Assembly: GCA_017860455.1 (NCBI GenBank)
Contig: JAGDMF010000013.1
Coordinates: forward strand, 556 to 64,555
Length of the DNA: 64,000 nt
Direction of reading: 5' to 3'
Source: Bacteroidota bacterium
GTDB taxonomy: Bacteria; Bacteroidota; Bacteroidia; Bacteroidales; WCHB1-69
Positions 49,200 through 59,500 of the stretch are shown piece by piece. Below the pieces are notes generated by a model. It saw only the letters and a program-made list of their open reading frames with translations. It was not told the origin of the DNA and ran no database searches. Numbering within the stretch: the first letter of the stretch is position 1; every line of letters starts with the position of its first letter. The position numbers and the translations under genes are program-made.

Positions 49200-50060
49200 T
49201 TAATATAAATCAGGTAGTTTAGGTAATTTGATCTCATTTGGGGTACCAGTAAGTTTTTTAACAACATCTTCAGCTTCTTTCAATGTATTAATCATTAAAC
49301 CCCAATCACTATCAAACCAAATCATTGATTCTAATAGTCCACCGCGATCAGAACCATTTCCTCTCTGATCTTTCCATCTTTTAGAAGGTTTTCCATTTTC
49401 ATAAATATATTCACAATCTAATGTTTGGTTTTTCTTTCTTCCATTTACATAATCACCATGATGCGTCAATTCATGAATTACAATATTAACAATAAAGAGA
49501 AGTGCAGTTTGTTTTTTAAATTTTGTAGCCTTTTTATCATTTAAAGCTTTTATTTTGTCAATATAACTAGGTGGAATCATAATACAACCCTGATCATATT
49601 CAGGTGCCTGACCTCCGTTAAACCACAAATATGGTCCTATCCCATCTGTTGTTGCTTCAACTATTTGCTCCCTAGTCATACCTCCAAACAACTGTAAAGC
49701 TTCCATAATCAATGGACTTCCCAATACATAATTTTGAAAATCGTTTACCATAAAATTATAAAAAGTTTTATTGATACCTTCTATGCGTGGATCGACAACT
49801 ATCCTACCATCTGGATCAATTAATTTTATTGGATTATTCGCACAATAGTTATATGGTGACATGCTGGGGTACTCATCACTCATCGGGTCAACAGAGAGCC
49901 AAATGCTTAAACCACTGTCGTAGTATCTTGCACCGAAGTAACCGTATCCGGTTTCGGTATCTTTTTCTTTACCGGAGAAAGTGTATGGGGTGTTCCAGGA
50001 GGAGTTGCGTTGGTCAACCCAATCTTCAACAAATAGTAAGGACAAATCTTTCATACTCAT
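49200..50060 (-). CDS. Orphan Rhs core fragment with C-terminal HExxH metallopeptidase toxin domain
   Basis: PYTFSGKEKD.ETG..YFGARYYD...WLSVDP...SPYNYCANNPIKLIDPDG, then about 200 aa containing HELTHHGD. No YD-repeat body. Confidence 0.88.
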   Translation of the reverse strand: MSMKDLSLLFVEDWVDQRNSSWNTPYTFSGKEKDTETGYGYFGARYYDSGLSIWLSVDPMSDEYPSMSPYNYCANNPIKLIDPDGRIVVDPRIEGINKTFYNFMVNDFQNYVLGSPLIMEALQLFGGMTREQIVEATTDGIGPYLWFNGGQAPEYDQGCIMIPPSYIDKIKALNDKKATKFKKQTALLFIVNIVIHELTHHGDYVNGRKKNQTLDCEYIYENGKPSKRWKDQRGNGSDRGGLLESMIWFDSDWGLMINTLKEAEDVVKKLTGTPNEIKLPKLPDLY

Positions 50061-50086
50061 AAATTTTCAAAAAGTACAGAGGTTTT

Positions 50087-50746
50087 TTAAAAAAGATTGT
50101 ATTCTAAGAAATTATCTTCACAATTCAATTTTATAAAATCAATGCATTCTGAACTATATCCTTTATTTTGCATTATTAATAATTCATGTGAAAAAGTATC
50201 ATGATCCAAAATTAGTGATTGATAATAATAGTATTCAAAAAAAAGAAAATATTGTTCATTTTTAAAAATTATGTTTAAATCATTTTTACATAATGAATCA
50301 AAAAGTTCTTGTTTTTCAATAAAATAGGGTTTTATTTCAGAAATTATTGAATTCAAAACCTCATAATACATTATTGAATCACCCAAATAAAGATATTTCA
50401 TAGCTTGAAATCTTTTAACGAGTATATCATTATAATATGGAAAAGAAGGGGAAAAAGGGTTGTTTAATGTTTTAATATAATCTAAACCACCATCATAATC
50501 ATGTTTTAATGATAAAATCAATAATTTCCTCCCTATAAAATTCATATTGGTAGTAGTAACTATTCCTAATTCAGTATAAAATAGTGCAGAATCTAGAAGG
50601 GTTGAATCTCCAAATAATTGATATTCATCTAAAAAATTCGAACTTATCAAACTGAAATTTTGAGATGTACTATCTTTTTGTGAAAATGAAACACCAACAC
50701 TAATCGATATCAAGATAATAAGGAGTATTATGGACTTTAATTTCAT
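50087..50746 (-). CDS. AT-rich secreted hypothetical protein, candidate immunity protein
   Basis: 219 aa, signal peptide, helical, adjacent to the Rhs tip. TAnnTTTG box at 50823-50830 (-). Confidence 0.6.
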   Translation of the reverse strand: MKLKSIILLIILISISVGVSFSQKDSTSQNFSLISSNFLDEYQLFGDSTLLDSALFYTELGIVTTTNMNFIGRKLLILSLKHDYDGGLDYIKTLNNPFSPSFPYYNDILVKRFQAMKYLYLGDSIMYYEVLNSIISEIKPYFIEKQELFDSLCKNDLNIIFKNEQYFLFFEYYYYQSLILDHDTFSHELLIMQNKGYSSECIDFIKLNCEDNFLEYNLF

Positions 50747-50952
50747 ATTTAAGACTTTATATTTAAATAAGTTATTAAATGGGTCATTAACAAAAACATA
50801 TTTGGATTAGCTTACATGCGACAAATATACAACTTTTTTAATTATTATAATTTTTTTAAAATTATTTTACCACTAAGGACACCATGAGATTTTTCTCAGA
50901 GGACTCAGTGGAAAAACACTTAGTGAACTCTGTGTGATAATAATTTTCATCT

Positions 50953-51061
50953 CTTATTCCGAGAAAGTGTTGAAATAGATTTTTGTATTGATCTTAATAT
51001 AAATCAAATACAAAAACATTCATTTTTAAATCGAACCCTTTCCACACTATCCCGGAATAAG
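50953..51061. repeat. MITE-like 109-bp element with imperfect terminal inverted repeats
   Basis: CTTATTCCGAGAAAGTGTTGAAA ... TTTCCACACTATCCCGGAATAAG (3 mismatches in 23), with an inner TTTTTGTATT/AATACAAAAA stem. Confidence 0.65.
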
Positions 51062-51068
51062 AAAAGAA

Positions 51069-51284
51069 ATGGCATCGGCGCTTCGATACGAAACCTTAGT
51101 TATCCCCAATTTGTTCTTTTAGTCTGTATTTCCGGTTTCTACACTTCGCAAGCTCAGTGACCGCTCAGCGACCTTAACTTTGAGCAACATACGCACTACT
51201 CTAAGGTCGTTGAGTAGAAGCGCCCTCACGATACATAGAAGAAACAAAGAAATAAATAGCTTCGTATCGAAACGCCGACGCCAT
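51069..51284. repeat. REPIN/MITE-like 216-bp nested hairpin element
   Basis: 24-bp arms ATGGCATCGGCGCTTCGATACGAA / TTCGTATCGAAACGCCGACGCCAT (2 mismatches). Inner stem CTCAGCGACCTTA / TAAGGTCGTTGAG. Contains the 44-mer also found at 569-612. Confidence 0.75.
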
Positions 51285-51294
51285 GAAAAAAAAT

Positions 51295-51468
51295 GCGTGA
51301 GGACGAAGCCGGAAAGCGCGCAAAGTTGGAAAGCGATGGGATGCGGGAGTTAAAGAGCGAACTTGTGAGCTACTTTAACGACCAGGCAGCCCAGACCCTT
51401 TGGCTTGCGACGGGGTTATTCTTTATTTTATGAATAATTTGGTTGAGCGTAGCCAAAGGGGCACGCCC
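51295..51468 (+). ncRNA. Second GC-rich structured element with the same termini as 47336-47512
   Basis: GCGTGAGG...GCCCAGAC...GGCACGCCC with stems GCGTG/CACGC, GTTAAAG/CTTTAAC and CCTTTGGCT/AGCCAAAGG. Confidence 0.5.
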
Positions 51469-51601
51469 AAATTAATGTGCTAATTTGTAAATGTGCTAAT
51501 GTGCTAATTAAAAATGAAAAATTAAAAATGAAAAATGAAAAATTGAGCACATGAGCACATGAGCACACGAGCATTCGAGCATTCGAGCAATCGAGCATTC
51601 G
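51469..51601. repeat. Octamer/heptamer mosaic after the ABC permease stop codon
   Basis: Minus strand from the stop reads (GAWTGCTC)n, (ATGTGCTC)n, (ATTTTTM)n, (ATTAGCAC)n. Confidence 0.9.
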
Positions 51602-51602
51602 G

Positions 51603-52940
51603 TTAGTATCTCAACCACTTAAAGAGCTCTTTGTAAGTGATTTTTTTGCCGTACATGAGGATGCCTACACGGTATATCTTGGCGGCAAACCATACACAGA
51701 AAATGAAAAACAAGACACAAATCGCCATAGATGATAACAATTGTACTAAAGGTACACCCGAAGGCAATCGGATGAGCATCGCTACCGGTGAAGTTAATGG
51801 GATCATAGACATCCAGAACGCTAATGGTCCGTTGGGATCTTCGGTTATGGGAACTAACAACATGATCGTCAATATTAACGGAATAGTAACCGGCAATGTG
51901 AACTGCTGTGAATCGGTTTCATTGTCCACAGCTGATCCAACCGCTGCAAAAAGGGCTGCATAGATCAAATAGCCAAAAATGAAGTAGAAAAGGAAACTTA
52001 ACAACAATACCGTAAAAGATACATTAAAATACATATCAATTAACGTAAATATTGATGCAGTTGGCATTTGATCTGCGCCAATAGCAGTGATCTGGTTTTG
52101 TGCTGCAATCGTTGCTCCCTGTCCGCCCATTTGCTGCATAAGCGCCTGGGATTGGAATAGATCGGGAACTGCAAATTGAGCGCCGTAAATAAAAACAAAC
52201 GTTAAGCCTACCCATATCAGAAACTGAGTCAGTCCAACCATGGCAATCCCAATAATTTTTCCCATCATCAGTTCCATCGGTTTTACGGATGAGATCAAAA
52301 CTTCCACAATTCTGTTTGTTTTCTCTTCTAAAACACCTCTCAACACTTGAGATGCAAACATAAAGATAAAGAAATAGATGGCTATACCACTGAACATTCC
52401 AACAATTCTCGATATTTCAGCCTGAGTTTGTTTCTCCTGACCGGCTTCATCAATTTTAATATTGGCCACTGAAGAGCGGGTTAAACTTTTTAGTTTCTCA
52501 TATTTTTCAGGATCCACTTTAAAAGTATCCACTAACAGTTTGTCGAACAATAATTTGTCCATTTGACTTTCAATATTGGAATTAAAAGTCATGGATGGTT
52601 CTTCGCTGTAATACAAATTGGATTGGATCATCTGAGTTCCTTTTAAAATATGTAAAACAGCATCATATCCATTGCTAAGTGCTTCTTTTTTAATAACATC
52701 AATATCACCTGAGCGGTAGGCAAAAGTGGTTTTTTCATTATCACTGAAACGATTGATAAAAAATTCATTATCATCAACCACCATCACTTTCATTGTTTTC
52801 TGGGTTTCATTTGCAACAATGACAGGTACGACAATCAAAGCAGCCAAAAGAAGCGGCGCAATGATGGTCATGATTATAAACGATTTTTTCTTAACTCTGG
52901 TAAGATATTCGCGGGCTATAATAAATCTAATCTTATTCAT
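51603..52940 (-). CDS. ABC-2 type transporter permease (NatB-like)
   Basis: REYLTRVKKKSF, EEKTNRIVEVLISSVKP..LM.GKI, multiple TM helices. Confidence 0.92.
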   Translation of the reverse strand: MNKIRFIIAREYLTRVKKKSFIIMTIIAPLLLAALIVVPVIVANETQKTMKVMVVDDNEFFINRFSDNEKTTFAYRSGDIDVIKKEALSNGYDAVLHILKGTQMIQSNLYYSEEPSMTFNSNIESQMDKLLFDKLLVDTFKVDPEKYEKLKSLTRSSVANIKIDEAGQEKQTQAEISRIVGMFSGIAIYFFIFMFASQVLRGVLEEKTNRIVEVLISSVKPMELMMGKIIGIAMVGLTQFLIWVGLTFVFIYGAQFAVPDLFQSQALMQQMGGQGATIAAQNQITAIGADQMPTASIFTLIDMYFNVSFTVLLLSFLFYFIFGYLIYAALFAAVGSAVDNETDSQQFTLPVTIPLILTIMLLVPITEDPNGPLAFWMSMIPLTSPVAMLIRLPSGVPLVQLLSSMAICVLFFIFCVWFAAKIYRVGILMYGKKITYKELFKWLRY

Positions 52941-53860
52941 TACTTGGTTTCGTTTACTTGTTTGATAAAGATCTCATTCATAGTGGGAAGTATTTCCTTA
53001 AAAGATACCACATTACCGAGAGGGACAATTTTTTGTAACAATTGATTTCCGGAAGTGTGTTGAGGAAGTTGAACGGAAAAAGTAAATTGGTTGTTTTTAT
53101 GAGAAGACTGGATCAGCGAGAATGAGTCTGCATTCTGGAAATGGGAAGTTGGATCATTTTCAGATTCAAGAACAAATTCAAACTTACCGCTTTTGAAATT
53201 ATTTTTGATATCAAAAAGGTGACCTTCCAGTACTTTGCGTGCCTTATTAATCAGAACGATATCGTCACAAATCTCTTCCACAGAAGCCATATCATGGGTA
53301 GAAAGGATGATGGTCGTACCTTTCTCTTTTAGTCTCAAGATCTCCTCTTTTAACAGATTGGTATTGATTGGGTCAAAACCGCTAAAAGGTTCATCTAAAA
53401 TCAAAAATTCAGGTTCATGGATGATTGTTGTGATAAATTGAACTTTTTGTTGCATCCCTTTAGACAGTTCTTCCACTTTTTTATTCCACCAGGTTTCGAT
53501 TTCAAATTTTCTAAACCATGTAACTAAGCGTTCCATGGCAACTTGTTTTGGAATCCCTTTTAATTGGGCGAGATAAAGGGCTTGTTCACCCACTTTCATT
53601 TTTTTGTAGAGGCCTCTTTCTTCTGGAAGATACCCGATTTTTTCCACATCATTTTTTTGGATAGGTCTCCCCTGAAACAAAACGGTACCTGAATCAGGTG
53701 CCGTTATTTGGTTTAGAATTCTGATTAAAGTGGTTTTACCGGCACCATTTGGGCCTAGTAATCCGAAGACAGAACCTTTTTCAACCGTAAGTGAGATATT
53801 ATCTAAAGCAAGATGATTCGCGTACTTTTTAGTTACATTTTGAACTTCAACTATTTTCAC
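52940..53860 (-). CDS. ABC transporter ATP-binding protein (NatA-like)
   Basis: Walker A GPNGAGKTT, signature LSKGMQQ, Walker B ILDEP. Confidence 0.95.
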   Translation of the reverse strand: MKIVEVQNVTKKYANHLALDNISLTVEKGSVFGLLGPNGAGKTTLIRILNQITAPDSGTVLFQGRPIQKNDVEKIGYLPEERGLYKKMKVGEQALYLAQLKGIPKQVAMERLVTWFRKFEIETWWNKKVEELSKGMQQKVQFITTIIHEPEFLILDEPFSGFDPINTNLLKEEILRLKEKGTTIILSTHDMASVEEICDDIVLINKARKVLEGHLFDIKNNFKSGKFEFVLESENDPTSHFQNADSFSLIQSSHKNNQFTFSVQLPQHTSGNQLLQKIVPLGNVVSFKEILPTMNEIFIKQVNETK

Positions 53861-53875
53861 TACTTTAAGATTTAA

Positions 53876-54661
53876 TTATTTTTTATTATTGTTATGATAG
53901 TTGTTAGTATTATTATTGCTGTAATTGTTACTATTGTTATTGCTGTAACTGTTACTATTGTTATTGCTGTAGCTGCTACTATTATTATTAGAATAGGAAC
54001 CGGTACCAGGTTTTTTCTTCTTTTTCTTTTTATTTTTCTTATAGTCAAATACTTGAGGTTTGTTGAAATTGGTACTATTAATTTTCATCAAATCCCGGGT
54101 TTGTTCCAAAATAGTAGTTTCAGGAAGATCAATTTTACCATCCGACAACATTTTAAGATGGTCAATGATTAAAACATCTTTCACTGTATTTCTATTGTGT
54201 AACAGGTACAATTTCTTTAAGTGATTGGCCAACATTTTTCCTAGAACCATGCGTTGTTCCAAAGGATACTCAGAAACAACCTTCACAATTTTTTCCATGT
54301 GGCGGCCATAGGTTTTAAAAGAAATTTTATCTTTATAATATTGATGTCCTTTTGTTTTAACATTTTCGGATACGGGATCAGGTTTTGGGAATGGAGCATC
54401 AACATCCAGTTTATAATTTGAAATAATAAACAGGTGGTCCCATAGTTTTCTCCAATAATCTTCTGAGTGATTGGTTTTATTTGAATTTTCCACACTCTCC
54501 TTCACTTCCGGGTTAATTTGAGACATCACTTTGATAATTCCTTTAGCTGTTTCAGTCCTTAAATCACGGTCATGAAGCAGCATGGCATATTCAATCATTT
54601 TCTGCACATTTCTGCCGTACTCTTTGATTATCAATTTGTTTCTGTTAGTATTATATTCCAT
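53876..54661 (-). CDS. DUF4290 family protein with a poly-Lys and Asn/Ser repeat tail
   Basis: MEYNT.R..L...EYGRNVQKM and KLWDHLFIIS...LDVDAPFP signatures. Confidence 0.85.
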   Translation of the reverse strand: MEYNTNRNKLIIKEYGRNVQKMIEYAMLLHDRDLRTETAKGIIKVMSQINPEVKESVENSNKTNHSEDYWRKLWDHLFIISNYKLDVDAPFPKPDPVSENVKTKGHQYYKDKISFKTYGRHMEKIVKVVSEYPLEQRMVLGKMLANHLKKLYLLHNRNTVKDVLIIDHLKMLSDGKIDLPETTILEQTRDLMKINSTNFNKPQVFDYKKNKKKKKKKPGTGSYSNNNSSSYSNNNSNSYSNNNSNNYSNNNTNNYHNNNKK

Positions 54662-54753
54662 CAAAAGTTGATTTTATATTGTTTGATTATAATTATTTTG
54701 AATAAAAAAGTTTCTAAGAATTTTATTTAGGTATTTTTTGATTTGGTAAGTTT

Positions 54754-55941
54754 TTATAGTTTTTCAGGAAAATTCCTCCAAGACCATTTATTAATCACCA
54801 CTCCATTTTTAATCAGCATCAAACCGGGATTAGATCTTACGGCATCACGCACCATAAATGGGCCTTTCACAGGATCAATCGGATTAAAATAGATAGGGAA
54901 AGTGATTTTATACTCGGAAATAAATTTTTGTATTTCAGCTTCACTTGAATTGGTCACAGCAACGAAATGAATATTTTGTTTTTCACACGCAGAAACTAAT
55001 GATTGTAGCGCTTTGCTTTGGATTCCTTTTGGATTAACTTCCTCAAGATTGTGCATAAAGAGAACATACACTACAGAATTATTAGTAATCAATTGAGAAG
55101 CATAATCTCTTCCTAAAGTATCAAGCATGCTGAAGCCCGGAATTTTAGGGGGAATCGCTTTTTTAATGATGCTGTCTTTTCTGTCCACATACTCGTATTC
55201 GGAATAGAAGTTTGGATTTTGATCGGTGATGGTCATCATTTGATTCTCTGTTAATGTAACCAATTTTGTAGAATCCACGTTGTTTTTATATAAAAATACA
55301 ATCTCTTTTTGAGCAGGTTGATCAATAAACCATTGGGTTATATTTTCCCCTTTTTTCCAATTGGTATAATCTTTAATAGGTAGATTGAACAAGCAATAGA
55401 TTTCAAAAGCAAAAACAAGAAGTACCCAGAAAGAAGTAAACAACCACTGACCAAAAACGGTCAATCTAATATCGGGAATCGATTTTCTTTTAAAGAATAG
55501 GATTAAAGTTGGGATAATGATCACTACATTTTTCAAAAATGTTTGCAAGTTTGACATTTTGATTGCCTGACCAAAGCATCCACAATCTTTAACAACTCCA
55601 AGATGATAGCCATAATGAACTTCTAAATGTTCAGCTATGGCAAGCCAAAGGGTAAGGAAAAAGAAAAAAGTCATGAATAAAAGATAGCCAATGGTAGTCA
55701 ATTTCACTCGGATTCTAAAAAGGAGCATAAAACCCAGAACCATTTCAGCAATAGTTGGGATAAATCCGATATAGAAAGAGTATGGATGCATAAAACTCAT
55801 TCCAAAAGAGGTGAAATATTCATCCATTTTGATACCCCAGGCAATTGGGTCGACGGCTTTAGTGAATCCTGAAAAGATGAAAAGTCCGGCTAAGGCGAGT
55901 CTTAAAATCATGACCCAGATTTGCTCTTTATTTTTTCTCAT
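54754..55941 (-). CDS. DoxX/MauE-like membrane protein (BT_3928-like) with C-terminal thioredoxin-like region
   Basis: FIFSGF.KAVDP, DCGCFG.AI, VRSNPGLML. Confidence 0.85.
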   Translation of the reverse strand: MRKNKEQIWVMILRLALAGLFIFSGFTKAVDPIAWGIKMDEYFTSFGMSFMHPYSFYIGFIPTIAEMVLGFMLLFRIRVKLTTIGYLLFMTFFFFLTLWLAIAEHLEVHYGYHLGVVKDCGCFGQAIKMSNLQTFLKNVVIIIPTLILFFKRKSIPDIRLTVFGQWLFTSFWVLLVFAFEIYCLFNLPIKDYTNWKKGENITQWFIDQPAQKEIVFLYKNNVDSTKLVTLTENQMMTITDQNPNFYSEYEYVDRKDSIIKKAIPPKIPGFSMLDTLGRDYASQLITNNSVVYVLFMHNLEEVNPKGIQSKALQSLVSACEKQNIHFVAVTNSSEAEIQKFISEYKITFPIYFNPIDPVKGPFMVRDAVRSNPGLMLIKNGVVINKWSWRNFPEKL

Positions 55942-55950
55942 AAGGCAAAA

Positions 55951-56490
55951 TTATAATGTTAGTTTAATCAATGCAAAAACGGCATAATTGATAATATCGG
56001 AATAATTGGCAGATAAACCTTCCGAAACGATGGTTTTACCTTCATTATCCTCGATTTGTTTAATTCTCATCAGTTTCATGAGTATGATATCGGTTAAGGA
56101 GCTAACTCTCATTTTGCGCCAGGCTTCATCATAATCATGGTTTTTATCCATCATTAGATTTTTAGCATTTTGTAAATGTTTTGAAAATAATTCAATTGCT
56201 TTTTCGACGGGGAAACATTCTTCGATGGTATTAGCCACACCGATTTCAAGCTGGATGAGTGCCATGACGGAATAGTTTACGATTCCAATGAACTCGGAAA
56301 CTATTCCTTCATCAATTTTAGACACTCCTTTTTCTTCAATACTTCGGATTCTTTGAGCTTTAATATAAATCTGGTCTGTTAAGGAGGAGGTTCTGAGGAT
56401 TCTCCATGCGGTACCGTAATCTATTGCTTTTTTTGAAAAAAGTTCGATACATGAAGAAGCAATTTGATCGAATTGTTGAGCAGTATTCAT
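55951..56490 (-). CDS. DUF1599 domain protein
   Basis: Duplicated K..DY..AWR..R.SSLTD motif. Confidence 0.88.
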   Translation of the reverse strand: MNTAQQFDQIASSCIELFSKKAIDYGTAWRILRTSSLTDQIYIKAQRIRSIEEKGVSKIDEGIVSEFIGIVNYSVMALIQLEIGVANTIEECFPVEKAIELFSKHLQNAKNLMMDKNHDYDEAWRKMRVSSLTDIILMKLMRIKQIEDNEGKTIVSEGLSANYSDIINYAVFALIKLTL

Positions 56491-56506
56491 ATAAAACTCG
56501 TTATTT

Positions 56507-59500
56507 TTATTGTTTAATCAATTTTTTAACAGCCATTTTTTGATTTACATCAACCACTTTTACAAAATAGATTCCTGTTGATAAGCCGGAAACCGCAAAA
56601 GTATGGTTGTTAGACTCCACAGAACTGATATAGTTTATTCTTTTTCCATTTAAATCGATCAACTCAATAGATTGAATTGGATTTTCGGTTTGAACAGTCA
56701 AATAATTTTTGGCTGGGATAGGGAACATTAGACATTCCATTTCATTCATTTCACAAACACCTTGCGCAATTCCTTCAAAAAGAGCAGAGAAAGGATAATC
56801 AATTACGGTTCCATTATATTGAAGGGAGAAAACAAAGTTTACATTAGCAGAAGTAAGATTTCTGGATTGAGAACGAACAGGGAAGGTTACGGATTGATTA
56901 TCATTTTGTAACATATTTGGAACAGGAAGTTGTGTAGTTCCTTGGTTTATAATTACATCTGGATGATCAGTATCTAAATGAGCTTCAATATTTTGAGCAG
57001 TAATTGCAGATGGATTCGTAAAGTTTACAGTAATCTGAGCATTGGTTTCAAAAGGGATAGGGCTCACTTCTTCAGCATTTACAGTAATGGTATGATCAAC
57101 AACTTGTAGTTGAGCAATATCAGCTTGAGCTACTGTTCCGAATGGTGGGAATGTAATATTGTCGATCCATGCACAATCTTTTCCTGAGATTTGAGAACCA
57201 TCTTTTTTATATTCAAATTTATAGGTATGGGAACCTGCAGCTACAGGGAAAGAGGACAATGCCCAAGTTCCGGTGATTCCTGAAATAGCTTCTTTTTCAA
57301 CACCATCAATATAAAATTTAAAGAAATCGTACCCATCTTCAGAGGAAACTTTTCTGAAATAGGAAATATTTCCATCTGATAAAGCTGTTAATGTTATTTG
57401 TAATGCAGATGTTCCATTATTAGCTAAATTATTTTTGGATCTAGCTGTGTAAGTGCCTGCATATACGCTAGTATCTATGATTATCCATGCATTGGAAGAG
57501 TTAACCCAAGGATATGTGGTGAATGTATTGGTTTCAAAATCTTCCATAACACGACCAACCACGATATAAATCACTTTATTAACAACATAGTCACCTTTAT
57601 AGAAAGTATGATAAAGAGGAATTATGGTTCCTGGAGCAACAGTTGATGCAATTTGAACTGTATATTCACTATTTACGGTTTGCCCTGAAGAGATTAGTTC
57701 AACATTGACCACATTGTTGGTAATAGTTGCGCCAGAATAGAAAGAGTTCAGACGGGAAGTTAAAGCATAAAGTGTACCTTGACCTTCATTTTTATTATTA
57801 ACTGTAATTGAAATTGTTTCACCCGGATCCACGATACCATCATTATTTCCGGTATTTGCAGAGATAGAGGAACTTTCAAAAATCAAATGTGGAGCTAACA
57901 AATTCAAAGTTACTACTTTATTAGATGTATTATTATTAGAGTGAATTTCAAAATTTAGTTGAGCAGCCGTTTGATTTGGAAAATAATTAGCAATTTGAAC
58001 GGTAAATGCACCTGAAATATTATGATTATTTCCTTGAACAATTGAACCTACATAAATAGAATCGTTCAAAACAGTAACATAAGGTGAAGGTGTAGATAAT
58101 TTCACATAAACATTGGAAGCATTAGCAACACCTAAATTAGATAAAATCACGTCAAGACTAACAATAGAATTGAAATAAGGAACAAATCCTGAAGAAACAG
58201 CAGCGGTAGATGCCACAACATAGCTTCCACTAGGAACAATCACATTAATAGTAGAAAAATATTGTTGATAATTTTGAGCCCATGCAGCTAATTCGTATTC
58301 ACCTGGTTCAGAAAGTGGATCAAATGTAAGGTTAGCATTTCCTGAAACATCAGCAAAAGCGGCACCCAATAGAACTCCATTTTTAACCAAGGCTACATAA
58401 GCATAAGGGGCAGCAGTTACAGACATAGAATTTGCCCCAATCATTAACACCGGAGAGGTGGTTACAGTCATCACAGGAGCCTGAGATAAATAAGGGATAA
58501 TGGATGGATCACCAAAAAGGTGGTAAATTTCCCAATAGTATAGTTTACTGGAAGATGTTGATGCTTCAACAGCCATATTACCGGCTTGAATCATAGCAGC
58601 ACTTGTCACCATCCATAGAGTCTGAGCTTCATTATGCGTATGAAACAATCTATCATAGGCACCCAAGTTAGATGCCAGATAAGTTGGAGATGCGGTAATG
58701 GATGATCTAACACCTACTGACCAATAGAAATCTTCATTCCATAATGAATTATTGGAAGCTCCTATATAAGCCATTGCTCCTTTTTTAGACGCACGAAGTA
58801 ACGCTTCACCAAAACACTCTGTTTCGCCAAACATACCGGATTGGCAGCAGTTTCCGATCATCAAACCATATTTATTTTCGTTAGCCATTGCAGGTACATT
58901 AGAGGTTTCGAATGAAGGATCAGACCATCCCGATGAACCGCAATGGGCAGTATAATTAGCATAACCAACGCCAGTTCCAATTTCTGATCTGATTTGAGCA
59001 GCTTGTGAACTTGCAGGATAAAGGTGGGTATAAATTGTTGAATATCCGTATCCTGTGTTGATGTAATTATTAGCTAAGTAGTTAATTTGTCCATTAGCAT
59101 GAGTTGGACCAAAAGAGGCATCAGTACCGGCCACTAAAACGGCTTTATCCAAATAGGTTGGATCCGGCATGGTATATTGTTCATACATCAACGATTTTTC
59201 AAGTTGAGGGGCTAATTGAGCTTCGCTGGTAGCAGAGAAACGGCCATAATAACAATCAGGAAAATTATCTCCGGCAGTAAATGTTGCATAATACAAATCT
59301 GTGATATGGGAACCGGCTGTTCCATTATTAGCAGGTATTTGAGCTACATCTCCAACAAATAAAACGTAGGTTGGAGCAGGATTAGTTGGAGTTGCATTAT
59401 CATATTGTGCTTTTAAATAATTTTTAATGGAAGTGGCTGTAGTTCCAACTGCAGCATTACTGGTTAAAGCTAAATCAACAATAAAACCTTTTCTTCTTTT

